Source: Candidatus Hermodarchaeota archaeon
GTDB taxonomy: Archaea; Asgardarchaeota; Lokiarchaeia; Sigyniarchaeales; SOKP01
DNA: 64,000 bases
Direction: 5' to 3'
Assembly: GCA_048885525.1 (NCBI GenBank)
Contig: JBHLLP010000012.1
Span: 5,721-69,720 of the forward strand
Shown: piece after piece, positions 48,615 to 58,367 of the stretch
Layout of the letters: each line of letters opens with the position of its first letter
How positions within the stretch are numbered: position 1 is the first letter of the stretch
Notes under the pieces: model-generated
What the model was told of the DNA's origin: nothing
What the model saw: the letters and a program-made list of their open reading frames with translations, nothing else
The model's database searches: none
Position numbers and translations under genes: made by a program

Positions 48615-49838
48615 ATGATTAAGAATATAAATAAAGGGAATACTTTATTAGTTAAAGGTCCAGCAAGAATAACTTTACTAGAAGGAAAAGTAGATGTTAT
48701 TGGTAAGATATTTTCTCAGGATAAAAATATCCAGTCTGCTAATTCTACCGATAAAAATACATTAATTGTCCCTAGTGCCCAAGTTTATCCTCTATATGCC
48801 CTAGTTAAATCAAAGTTAGAAATTTATACTAATAATGAAGAAAATCTTAAAGAAATCCAAGAAAACACGATCTCCTCCAAGTGGAATGAAATTAAAGACT
48901 TGATAATAAACGAATTGAAAATAACTACAAATAAGCCTTTAAAAATAATGGTGTTAGGAATTAGTAGTGGAAAAACAACATTTATCAAATACTTAGCAAA
49001 TAACTTTCTTAAAGAAGGACTGAAGGGTGCATATTTAGATTCTGATTTAGGTCAACAAATTATATATATACCCACAACAATTAACATTGGTACAATTGAT
49101 GATTATATCATTTCAAGTGAGGATATTATATCTGAAAAAACCATTTTTATTGGTGCTACGTTCCCGAAAGGAGATAATAAATTTATTATCTCTCTTTCCT
49201 GTAAAGGTTTAGTCTCTGATTATGTTGCAAAATATAAAGATGTTGATTTTATTCTTATTGATACAGATGGCTGGATTAAGACTGAGGCAGGGATCATTTA
49301 TAAGAATTTTTTTATTAAAGTATTAGATCCAGATATCATAATTGTGTTTCACGATGAGACAATTGAAGAATTACTCGCTATAGAGAAGAGTTTCTCGAAT
49401 TTAAGAAAAGATAGAACAATGTATTTAATTAAGGAGAAAAATATATATTTTTATGAAAAAGATAAGGAAGAAAGAAGATTTTTACGCCAAAGTCAATTCT
49501 CTAAAAAATTTGAGGTGTTTAGGAAAATATCAATCCCTTTAAATGACACGAAATTTATAAAAACTGAATATGATAAAGAAAGAGATCAAATTATCGAAAA
49601 GAAAATTGATGTTAATGACCTTGTTACGCTTCCTTACCATTATGTAATAATAGGTTTAATGACTGAAGAATCAGATTTATTAGAAATAGGTCTCTTATTT
49701 ACAGTAAATATTGAAAAAAACTATATTTTATTATATTCAAACATTTCATATAAAGAACAACTAAAAGTAAAAAAGATATTGCTTGGAAGCTTAAGACTTA
49801 GCACGAAGGGTAACCATCAAGGATATCTATATCTTTAA
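48615..49838 (+). CDS. Clp1/Grc3-like polynucleotide 5'-kinase homolog
   Basis: 407 aa. N-terminal GNTLLVKGPARITLLEGKVDVIGKIF, P-loop VLGISSGKTT (first Gly position is Leu), YLDSDLGQQ, LIDTDGW. Confidence 0.6.
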   Translation: MIKNINKGNTLLVKGPARITLLEGKVDVIGKIFSQDKNIQSANSTDKNTLIVPSAQVYPLYALVKSKLEIYTNNEENLKEIQENTISSKWNEIKDLIINELKITTNKPLKIMVLGISSGKTTFIKYLANNFLKEGLKGAYLDSDLGQQIIYIPTTINIGTIDDYIISSEDIISEKTIFIGATFPKGDNKFIISLSCKGLVSDYVAKYKDVDFILIDTDGWIKTEAGIIYKNFFIKVLDPDIIIVFHDETIEELLAIEKSFSNLRKDRTMYLIKEKNIYFYEKDKEERRFLRQSQFSKKFEVFRKISIPLNDTKFIKTEYDKERDQIIEKKIDVNDLVTLPYHYVIIGLMTEESDLLEIGLLFTVNIEKNYILLYSNISYKEQLKVKKILLGSLRLSTKGNHQGYLYL

Positions 49839-49965
49839 TTTTTAATTTTTTCAATGAATCCCTTATTATTTCTTAATTTTGAAAAATCATGATATGAATC
49901 CCTTATTCAATTTTTACAAACATGGGATAAAATTTATTTAAATTATGATGTAATTATAATAAGTT

Positions 49966-51408
49966 ATGGACGAACTTCTCACAAAGTTTTTAAAATTGAT
50001 GTCCGCAAGAATTACAGATTCAGATTTAGAATTAATTAATTTAGGAAAATCTTTAGGATTAGATTTAGTATCTTTTGCCGATTTAAGAGCCTCACAAGAA
50101 GATATATTTGCTGATGAAGTAAGACAAAAAGCTTTAGAGATAATGGAAAAAAATAAGGATAATGTTTTAAGTACTTTAGATTCATTTTATGCTGGAAGTA
50201 TTGATTTTATGGTCTCAGATGAAGCCGAAGAGAAAAAGTTTTTTTTATTAGAAACTAATGGAGGATCTCATCGAGGACTTTCAATAATTACTGAAAAACA
50301 ACAAATTCTTCTATATGATGGATATTTAGAAGCTATTAAACAAGCAATTAAAAGAAAAGAGAATACTATAGATAATGTATTTGTAATAATTGGAGTACCA
50401 ATTAACGATGGATTAATTCATGAAAAAGTTATAATGATTGAATATTTCAGAAAAACACTTAAAGCTAATGGGTATTCTGTAAAAATTTTTAATACGGATA
50501 ATTACAATAAGGACTTTAAAGCTGAAATCATTGTTTTAATAGCTGATTATCAGCAACTATCCTCATCTCTTTCATTTTCTAATAATTGGATTAAATATAA
50601 AGGAGAGAACGTAGGAGTATTAATAGGAGATGGTATTACAAGACGTTTTAAGAATAAAAAATTTTCAAAATTAGTGAAAAAAGAGTTTCGAGAAATAAAA
50701 TCAATTTTAGTTAACCCTATATTTCATATAACAGATGATAAATCTCTAACATATTTAGCAAGCTATTTTAGTAAAGATCTCCTCAAAAAATATAATTTAA
50801 AATATCTTTTATTCACAAAAGCTTTTAATGAAAAGGATTTGATCGATAAATTAAAATATCTTATTAAGGAATATAAAAAATCTTTTATTATTAAACCTAG
50901 TGGGGGTTCTGGAGGAGCTGGCGTCATTCCCGTTTCTAAGGATGAAGATCCTCTTAATATTAAAAATATTGTTGAAGAAAGTAAAAAGGAATTTTTTGCT
51001 AAGTTCATGAAGTCGCGCGATCCTTTTCCATATACGATTCAAGAAATGGCCGATTTCTCATTAATAGAGTGGCAGGAAGGGAAACACACATTTGATTTAC
51101 GGATTTATTTAGCTCAAAGAGATGGTAAAGTTATCCCAATTGGAGGGTTAGCTAGAATTGCCCGAGAAGAATTTATTCATAAAAAAAGACTGAATAAGCA
51201 AGAATTTGTAGTCAATCTATCTGGCTACAATGGTCAAATTGAAGTTAAACGTGGAATAGGTTTCTCGGAAAAAAACTGTAAACTATTAAACTTAACAAAA
51301 GATGATTTTACAAATATGTTTTGCATAGGTTGTGTTTTATTTTCGGGAATGGTTAAAAATTATCATAAAATCATCAATTTTACAAATTGGGAAGAAATAT
51401 TCGATTGA
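49966..51408 (+). CDS. ATP-grasp-like amidoligase, apparently circularly permuted
   Basis: 480 aa. FFLLETNGGSHRG (E-x-N type) near residue 95. FIIKPSGGSGGAGV, YTIQEM, HTFDLRIYL, LARIA and VVNLSGYNG lie at about residues 305-410. Confidence 0.5.
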   Translation: MDELLTKFLKLMSARITDSDLELINLGKSLGLDLVSFADLRASQEDIFADEVRQKALEIMEKNKDNVLSTLDSFYAGSIDFMVSDEAEEKKFFLLETNGGSHRGLSIITEKQQILLYDGYLEAIKQAIKRKENTIDNVFVIIGVPINDGLIHEKVIMIEYFRKTLKANGYSVKIFNTDNYNKDFKAEIIVLIADYQQLSSSLSFSNNWIKYKGENVGVLIGDGITRRFKNKKFSKLVKKEFREIKSILVNPIFHITDDKSLTYLASYFSKDLLKKYNLKYLLFTKAFNEKDLIDKLKYLIKEYKKSFIIKPSGGSGGAGVIPVSKDEDPLNIKNIVEESKKEFFAKFMKSRDPFPYTIQEMADFSLIEWQEGKHTFDLRIYLAQRDGKVIPIGGLARIAREEFIHKKRLNKQEFVVNLSGYNGQIEVKRGIGFSEKNCKLLNLTKDDFTNMFCIGCVLFSGMVKNYHKIINFTNWEEIFD

Positions 51409-51409
51409 G

Positions 51410-52570
51410 ATGAATGCTGAAACCCTAAAATCATTATTAGATATTTCTAAACGTTACAATTTATATACAAAGATTCTGAAAGAATTAGATATTGTAAGAA
51501 ATTTAGAATATACCAGCTATCGAATTTATAATACTTCTGAAGGCATTATTCCTCTAATAAAAATTGCTAAAAATTCCAATTTTGATGAATTAAAACATAT
51601 TAAAATCTTTATTGGTGCACAGCAAAATGAATATAATGGTTTATTTAGTATCCTGAAATTTTTTAAATTAATACAAGATAATAAAATTCAAATCAATAAA
51701 TTAATCAGAGAAGATCAAGTTCTTTTCTTTTTGCCATTATTAAATCCTTATGGGTTTTTGAATCCTAGTAAAAATAATAAATCTGGTTATTATTTAAAAA
51801 ATGGTTCAAATCTTAATAGATTTTGGGTTAGAGCTTTCGTCCCTGAATATAAAAATGGGATTATAGATTTAGATACAATTAAAACACCCGAACAAGTTAT
51901 TATTGTGAAAGAATTACTTCAAAAATATTGGGATAACGAAGATATTCATATATACATACTCGATTTCCATGAGACTTCTTTATTGAATAGATTTCCAGTT
52001 GAATTAAGTACAAATCTAAATCCCTTTTATAAATTTGATCATTGGTTAAAAGAGGGTATTATACTAAATATTATTAAGCTATACGATATCCCTTATTATC
52101 GAAAACCTTTATTCTTTAAATGTAATCCTTCCGCCGATCACACGCATCTAAATTTAACTTATAAACAAATTGAGACCGTTCATGAAAAACTTTATGACTA
52201 TATATCAAGGAATTTGGGGATGGGCAAATTACCTTTCTATTTTTGCTACAGCGACAAGAGTAGAGATTTCTGTCTAAAACTTGCAAATAAAGTTTATAAT
52301 AAACTGAAAGACAAATTATGGGAAACTTACTTTCCTGCTTTTGATCATAGTTTTAAAAATCATGGTTGTTTTGTAAGAATGAGTGATGCGACATCTCGAG
52401 CTAGAGTTTATAGCATGGAATTAGAATCTCAAAAACATTTCTTCAACATCTTTGAAGAAATAAAAAAATTAAAATCAGTTCCTAATTACATTGAAAATAA
52501 ACTTGATCTCATTAATGTGAGTATTGAATTAGCACTTGAGACTATAAAGGAGATGATAGAATTATTTTAA
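51410..52570 (+). CDS. M14 zinc-carboxypeptidase-like protein with variant metal site
   Basis: 386 aa from ATG 51410, 1 nt after the upstream stop. The track TTG start 51332 overlaps the upstream gene. IGAQQNEYNG sits where HxxE is expected. LLNPYGF, GSNLNRFW, ILDFHETS. Confidence 0.5.
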   Translation: MNAETLKSLLDISKRYNLYTKILKELDIVRNLEYTSYRIYNTSEGIIPLIKIAKNSNFDELKHIKIFIGAQQNEYNGLFSILKFFKLIQDNKIQINKLIREDQVLFFLPLLNPYGFLNPSKNNKSGYYLKNGSNLNRFWVRAFVPEYKNGIIDLDTIKTPEQVIIVKELLQKYWDNEDIHIYILDFHETSLLNRFPVELSTNLNPFYKFDHWLKEGIILNIIKLYDIPYYRKPLFFKCNPSADHTHLNLTYKQIETVHEKLYDYISRNLGMGKLPFYFCYSDKSRDFCLKLANKVYNKLKDKLWETYFPAFDHSFKNHGCFVRMSDATSRARVYSMELESQKHFFNIFEEIKKLKSVPNYIENKLDLINVSIELALETIKEMIELF

Positions 52571-53565
52571 TTGTTTATAAAACTGAGAATTGCCCCAACT
52601 AAAATACATTCATTTTTTTTATTTGAATGACCACCTTTTTTTAATATTAGTATATTCTTCGCTGGTGATTCTAAAATTAGTTTATTTTCTATTAAATTTT
52701 TGAATTTTGTTACTTTATCGTTTTTACAATGGATTAGCATAACTTTTTTAGATAATTCTTTCCATTCTTCTGATGTTAGTTCCTTTTTAGCATTTTTTAT
52801 CAATAAATAAGGAGATAATTGACTATTCTCTTCCAAAGTTGGAAATAATTTCACCCCCTTAAATAAATAATTTAGGATAACAACTGGATTGTATTTTGGA
52901 ATGTTTTCTTTATAATGTGATATAGAAGCAATTGCAATAATTTTCTCAACATCTATATTCATAAAACCTCCTGATAAAACGGTAATAGCACCTATACTAA
53001 AACCAATACAAAAAATCTTCTTATTTGAAAATTTTTCTTGATTTTTTACCCATTGAATTATTTTTTTAAAATCTTCAATTCTTTGTAAAAAATCGCTTCT
53101 CCTTCCTGTTTTTTTTGATTTTCCCGTACCTCTTGCATCATAAGCTAAAATAATATAACCTTGATAAGCAATTGGAAAATATAAATATTGAAGTCTTTCT
53201 TTTGTGTCAGAAAAACCATGACAAATTATAATTACTGCATTTTTTGAATCAATTTTAGCTTGCTCCCTACTTTTTACTAGATTTACCGATAAAAATCCAT
53301 CAGAGACATTAATTTGTAAATTTAAGACTTGCAAATCCTTGAGAAAAAGCTTTCTCCACCGATCGAACCAGAGATCTCGAAAAGACCAATAAATTTCGAA
53401 TGGTGTGTAGACAATTAAAAAAGTTGTTAAAGATAAGATAAAACACTGTGAGAAAGCCGTTGTATAACAAGGATTTCCTAATGAAATATTGACCTGCCAA
53501 ATATACCAGCTAAATAAAATATCAATAAAAATTAAAATTATACGTTTTAGAGTATTTCTTATCAC
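52567..53565 (-). CDS. Membrane-anchored alpha/beta hydrolase
   Basis: 332 aa. Two N-terminal TM helices, ICHGFSD, nucleophile elbow GFSIGA, IHCKNDK. Confidence 0.65.
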   Translation of the reverse strand: MIRNTLKRIILIFIDILFSWYIWQVNISLGNPCYTTAFSQCFILSLTTFLIVYTPFEIYWSFRDLWFDRWRKLFLKDLQVLNLQINVSDGFLSVNLVKSREQAKIDSKNAVIIICHGFSDTKERLQYLYFPIAYQGYIILAYDARGTGKSKKTGRRSDFLQRIEDFKKIIQWVKNQEKFSNKKIFCIGFSIGAITVLSGGFMNIDVEKIIAIASISHYKENIPKYNPVVILNYLFKGVKLFPTLEENSQLSPYLLIKNAKKELTSEEWKELSKKVMLIHCKNDKVTKFKNLIENKLILESPAKNILILKKGGHSNKKNECILVGAILSFINN

Positions 53566-53706
53566 AGATTTTCACAGCAATAACTTATCTTAAGAAATCT
53601 ATACTTTTAATTTTTAAAAGATAGAAATGGTGTAGAAATAAAATATTTTTCTTAGTAAAATAGGAAGAGATTTATAATGTCTCTTCTCAGATTGATTTAT
53701 TGTGTG

Positions 53707-54036
53707 TTATTTTTTAGCTTTATCTGGAGGACATCCGAAATCATCCCTTACTTTACAATTTCTTTTGCTAGAACTGCCTGGGCATGGAGCACATTTAACT
53801 TTTCGCATAAGAGCTTCAACTTCATCTATCTCATAACCAAAAGATTCCTCCTCTGTCTCATCTACTAGCATATCATCCTTAATTTTACTCAGATCATAAT
53901 CTATATCTTCTTCTAGATTATCTTTCCAATCTTCCAAATCTAAAATCTCATCCCCATCTTCATCAATTTTTCCTGATGGAAGTTCTAAATCTTCATCCTC
54001 AACAGGAGCACTCTTTTTTTTAGCCATGTTATTCAC
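53707..54036 (-). CDS. Highly acidic small protein with basic four-Cys C-terminal tail
   Basis: 109 aa, 33 D/E by my count. The tail is KVKCAPCPGSSSKRNCKVRDDFGCPPDKAKK. Confidence 0.5.
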   Translation of the reverse strand: MNNMAKKKSAPVEDEDLELPSGKIDEDGDEILDLEDWKDNLEEDIDYDLSKIKDDMLVDETEEESFGYEIDEVEALMRKVKCAPCPGSSSKRNCKVRDDFGCPPDKAKK

Positions 54037-54182
54037 ATATATTAAAAATATATTTTTACAATTGAATTTTTTTTATATATAATATTTGCTAAAATTTAAT
54101 TTTATTAGTTTTAAGTATGGTAAATTCAAAAACACCATGACTATCTAATCGTATATAATAAAAAATTAATAGAAGAAGTGTC

Positions 54183-56273
54183 CTAGGATACATCTTTAAT
54201 ATAGATCTGATTAATTTGATCCAAGAGAGGTTCATTCTTGTATATAATGTTGAATATGTTCTTAATTTCATCTAAAGTAGGCTCCAGCTCTTCTATTAAG
54301 TACGTTTCATAATTATCAATCTTATATCGCGGTATGAGGTACTTAAATTGAATGTTTTTCAGTTCTATTTTCGAGTATAAGAATTCTCTTATAAAACTGA
54401 AATCAATATTAGATTCTAAATATAACTCATCTAAATATATTAGTTTTACTAAGGAATTACATAATTTTATAAAAAATCGTAATAATCTTTTAAGTTCCAG
54501 TTGATATTTTTGATTTAGAAATTTTAGATCTAGAGTTCTATAGATAAATTTTGAACTTAGATCATAATGCAATTGAGATAAAATTTGAATAATTTTTCCA
54601 CAATTGGATAATGATAAAGGAAGATTTTTTGGTATTGGCAATCTTCTTATAAAACTTCCATTGAATCTTAAATAGCCACCGGCCATGTGAAGAGAACTAA
54701 ATAATGTTTTAAATACAGTATCTAATAGTGTTGAGTTCAATAATGCTAAGAGACAATATAACTGCTGAGTATTTATCGAAGGGATCCTCATTAAATATAA
54801 ACCAGTTATATTAGCAAAGATTCCAGGGTCATACACACAGGTTAATTCTTTGGCAATTTCTCTAAAAATAATTTTTTCATTTTTTAGGTCCTGCCAAATA
54901 GGATTAAAAGTAGGATTATAATTAAAATAACAGATTTCAAGATCTCTCTTAGCTATCTTTATCCTTTTATTAAATTTAAGATAATATTTGTCGACATTTC
55001 CTGTCCCAATTAATAGTAAATCAAGATCAGATTGGGGTTCATCGCTGATATTATCAAAATATTTGCCATATTTTAAAAAACCAAAAGGGCGATATATAAT
55101 TTTCAAATCTTTGAAAGTTTCAGATAACGTTTTAAAGTTTCTAAACAAGTATGAAATTATGTTAATATTTCCTGAGATCGGTATTACTTTTGACGGGAAT
55201 ATATTGATTAGATTTTGATTGAATTTTATTATCTTTATACTATTATTTTCATTTAACTCATTTAGGTTATTAAAAGCTTTAACATTCACCTCATGTTCCT
55301 TTTTTTGCTTAACCTTTTTTAGCGATAAAATAATTGGATATGTAGCTACATTTTGAAATATAGATATCGACGATATATTTATGATTTCTTTAATTTCTGA
55401 TTTATTTAATATTAACTCTCTAATTTTGATACCATAATCAGCAGATAAGAATTTATTAGGTAAAATGAATGAAAGATATCCATTACTTTCTAATAATTCT
55501 AACGCTCTCTCAATAAAGAGGATTGAAAGATCAAATAAACGATAGGCTGTTTTATATCTTTTAGTTAAATTGTTCTTGAATTCAATTGGTTTTATCTTTT
55601 TATTTTCTACATAAGGAGGATTTCCAATTATTATATCGAATTTATCAGAATTAAACTCTAAAAGAAAATCTAAATTAAAAAGATTAAAACTTAGATTTAA
55701 GAGCTCAATGATTTGGTTAAAATTTGTGATTTTTATGTTTTTAAAATTATCATTTTGAAATGTAAAGTTATTGTTATCTGTTATTAAAAGCCATTTAATT
55801 AATCGCAGTTTTGAGATAAGAATACCTGATTTTTCAATTTCAATTCCATACAGATTTTTTTCAATTATTAATTTCTTTATATCAAAATCAGATAATTTTG
55901 GCTCTAACATTCTATAAATATAATACAATTTTTCAGCTATAGATACTAAAAATCTCCCAGAGCCACAAGAAGGGTCTAGAATCCTTATATTTTTAATTAT
56001 TTTAATTAAATTCTCTTTAGTTTTTAGATTTTTAATTAGTGTATGAATAACTTCTTCTAAATCCGATCCATTTTTAATTTCTTTATTAAAAGAAACAAAT
56101 TTTTCGAAATAGATTCTAAAGATCTTAGTTACTATATAATCTACAACTTGGTTCGGTGTATAGATTATTCCAAGATTCCGACTCTTATCCTTTTCGAGAA
56201 ATTTTTCATTTTCAAATCTCTCAATTCGTTTCTCAATATTATTTAATAATTTTTTAACTACTGATCCTTCCAT
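54183..56273 (-). CDS. Eco57I/TaqI-like gamma-class N6-adenine DNA methyltransferase with target-recognition domain; no nuclease domain recognised
   Basis: 696 aa. GIIYTPNQVVDYIV, motif I ILDPSCGSGRFL, motif IV IIGNPPYV, TaqI_C-like LALLNSTLLD...GGYLRF...LPIP. Confidence 0.75.
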   Translation of the reverse strand: MEGSVVKKLLNNIEKRIERFENEKFLEKDKSRNLGIIYTPNQVVDYIVTKIFRIYFEKFVSFNKEIKNGSDLEEVIHTLIKNLKTKENLIKIIKNIRILDPSCGSGRFLVSIAEKLYYIYRMLEPKLSDFDIKKLIIEKNLYGIEIEKSGILISKLRLIKWLLITDNNNFTFQNDNFKNIKITNFNQIIELLNLSFNLFNLDFLLEFNSDKFDIIIGNPPYVENKKIKPIEFKNNLTKRYKTAYRLFDLSILFIERALELLESNGYLSFILPNKFLSADYGIKIRELILNKSEIKEIINISSISIFQNVATYPIILSLKKVKQKKEHEVNVKAFNNLNELNENNSIKIIKFNQNLINIFPSKVIPISGNINIISYLFRNFKTLSETFKDLKIIYRPFGFLKYGKYFDNISDEPQSDLDLLLIGTGNVDKYYLKFNKRIKIAKRDLEICYFNYNPTFNPIWQDLKNEKIIFREIAKELTCVYDPGIFANITGLYLMRIPSINTQQLYCLLALLNSTLLDTVFKTLFSSLHMAGGYLRFNGSFIRRLPIPKNLPLSLSNCGKIIQILSQLHYDLSSKFIYRTLDLKFLNQKYQLELKRLLRFFIKLCNSLVKLIYLDELYLESNIDFSFIREFLYSKIELKNIQFKYLIPRYKIDNYETYLIEELEPTLDEIKNIFNIIYKNEPLLDQINQIYIKDVS

Positions 56274-56384
56274 TGAAATTATATTATGTATTTTAAATTT
56301 CTTTATTTATAAAAAGAAAAGTAACTATAATAAAAATAATAGAGTTATTAAAAAGATAATTAAAGGAAAACAACCAGATCAATT

Positions 56385-57290
56385 TTGAATTTTGTAGACA
56401 ATTCAGCTTTATATGAATTAATAAATAACCCACAGAAAATCTCTGCACTAAAATTTGATATTATTTTAAATATCATAAAGACATTTAAATGTATTTTAGA
56501 AAAAGAAAATTTACTCTTGGAGGTTAATTTTAAAGAAAAAAAGGAAGAAGCTTATGTAATAGGGGATATACATGGAAATTTGGAGACTTTAACAAAATTG
56601 ATTGAAATAATTAACCATAAAAATCCAAAAATCATCATTTTTTTAGGAGACATTGTCGATCGTGGACCAAAACAATTTGAATGCTTAATGATAGTCTTAA
56701 TTTTAAAGATTCTTCACCCATCAAAATATTATTTATTAAGAGGAAATCATGAAACATTAGAAATGAATGAATATTACGGTTTCTTTCAGGATTTTATTTC
56801 AAGATTTAAAAATCAGAGCAAATTCAATGAAATTTTGAGTATTTATAATCTAATACCGATATGTGCATTAATTAATAAAGCAATATTATGTTTGCATGGA
56901 GGGATTCCAGAGGATTTTGACATTTTAAAAAAATTGCAAGGTCAAAGATGCATGAACTTTAAAGAAGTTTTCAATTTAAATATGCAAGGGATTTATCAAA
57001 TTATGTGGAATGATCCTAAATCTGGATTAGAAGGATTTTCAGACAGTTTTAGAGGTCCAGGAATTAAATTTTTTGGATATGATGTTTTTGAAAATTTTAT
57101 GAAATATAACAATCTTAAATACATAATTAGATCACATGAATGTTTTTCTGAAGGATATCGATGGTTTTTTAACAAAAGATTATTATCTATATTTTCATCC
57201 GCAAATTATCGAGGATTTTATAGTCCAAATCCCGCATCTTATGCAATAATAAGAAATAATGAAATAGTTCCAAAATTATTGGTTTTATAA
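56385..57290 (+). CDS. PPP-family Ser/Thr protein phosphatase (PP1/PP2A-like)
   Basis: 301 aa, TTG start. GDIHG, GDIVDRG, RGNHE, LHGG, RSHE. Confidence 0.85.
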   Translation: MNFVDNSALYELINNPQKISALKFDIILNIIKTFKCILEKENLLLEVNFKEKKEEAYVIGDIHGNLETLTKLIEIINHKNPKIIIFLGDIVDRGPKQFECLMIVLILKILHPSKYYLLRGNHETLEMNEYYGFFQDFISRFKNQSKFNEILSIYNLIPICALINKAILCLHGGIPEDFDILKKLQGQRCMNFKEVFNLNMQGIYQIMWNDPKSGLEGFSDSFRGPGIKFFGYDVFENFMKYNNLKYIIRSHECFSEGYRWFFNKRLLSIFSSANYRGFYSPNPASYAIIRNNEIVPKLLVL

Positions 57291-57372
57291 AACTATGATA
57301 AATCATAGATTCATTAATTTGGGAAATTTGATGCTAAACATAAGGAATAAGTAACACAAATTCCCTATAAGA

Positions 57373-57636
57373 TTAAGTAATTTGAGAAGCATCTGGCTTA
57401 ATAAATAAGAGATTATTACCTCGAATAAATATCTCGTTGTATTTAGCCACAGGAGTTCCTTCTAATAACTCCGTAGCCTCTTCAAGAATCATATTCATGT
57501 ATGCATCTATTTCCTTTAATAATCCTCTATATTCAGTTCCATCTTTTAATCTGAGAAGTATAGTTGAACCTTGCGCATTCTGGAGTATTGTTAACGGATT
57601 CTTTGACCTTTGCTGAGTATTATTTTTATTTGACAT
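57373..57636 (-). CDS. Sm-like archaeal protein (LSm/SmAP)
   Basis: 87 aa. Sm1 ILLRLKDGTEYRGLLKEIDAYMNMILEEA and Sm2 IFIRGNNLLFI. Confidence 0.85.
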   Translation of the reverse strand: MSNKNNTQQRSKNPLTILQNAQGSTILLRLKDGTEYRGLLKEIDAYMNMILEEATELLEGTPVAKYNEIFIRGNNLLFIKPDASQIT

Positions 57637-57747
57637 TTTTAATTCTTATATCAAAAAATTATTATTATATTTATTGAAAAGATAATTTAAAGATAGAATT
57701 TTTTGAATTAAAACCTTACGACATAAAAAATAAGAGCTAAAATTTAT

Positions 57748-58365
57748 TTGGTTATCATTGTGGAAGAACACTTTAAAAATAAAAATAAAAAGAAAACCAT
57801 AATAGAAAAATACAATTCATCATCGCATTTTTATGACAAAAGGTACAAGGCACTACAAAAAGAAAAATATGAAATAATATTAAAAAACTACATAGCTAAT
57901 GGAAAAACTATCTTAGATCTAGGGTGTGGTACTGGTTTATTTTTTGAATATATAGTATTATCGTTAAAGAAGCAACATGAAATAAGAATTAACTACATAG
58001 CATTAGATATCTCTAGGAATATGCTATTACGTTTCAAATCCAAGGTTATATTTCATAATATAAAATCTATAAATTTGATACTATCAGATATTGAACATTT
58101 ACCTTTCAGAGATAATATTTTTCATTCAATTTTTTCAATTACTTCTTTCCAAAATTTACCACATATTCAGATTGGAATCAGAGAATCATTTAGGGTAAGT
58201 AAAAATAATGCAGAGTATAAATTTTCAATATTAAGAAAAAAAATAGAATTGCAATTGTTATTAAAAATATTTAAACCTAAGATTAAAGAAATAGAAATAA
58301 TAAGTAAAGAAAATCTAGAAGATATTATAATTCAAGGAAAAATTTCAAAAGATCAAGCAATTTAA
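57748..58365 (+). CDS. Class I SAM-dependent methyltransferase
   Basis: 205 aa. Motif I ILDLGCGTGLF, ALDIS. Convergent with rio2 across a 2-nt gap. Confidence 0.65.
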   Translation: MVIIVEEHFKNKNKKKTIIEKYNSSSHFYDKRYKALQKEKYEIILKNYIANGKTILDLGCGTGLFFEYIVLSLKKQHEIRINYIALDISRNMLLRFKSKVIFHNIKSINLILSDIEHLPFRDNIFHSIFSITSFQNLPHIQIGIRESFRVSKNNAEYKFSILRKKIELQLLLKIFKPKIKEIEIISKENLEDIIIQGKISKDQAI

Positions 58366-58367
58366 AT

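Noticed and set aside
51332-51409. TTG-initiated 5' extension of the M14-like gene, overlapping the ATP-grasp gene by 77 nt
   Set aside because: The extension (MFYFREWLKIIIKSS...) is read in another frame of the upstream gene's conserved C-terminus. ATG 51410 sits 1 nt after that gene's stop and gives a normal coupled arrangement.
54089-54271. 60-aa minus-strand ORF overlapping the 3' end of the methyltransferase gene
   Set aside because: It is an alternative frame of the methyltransferase C-terminus and downstream spacer, with no motif or independent support.
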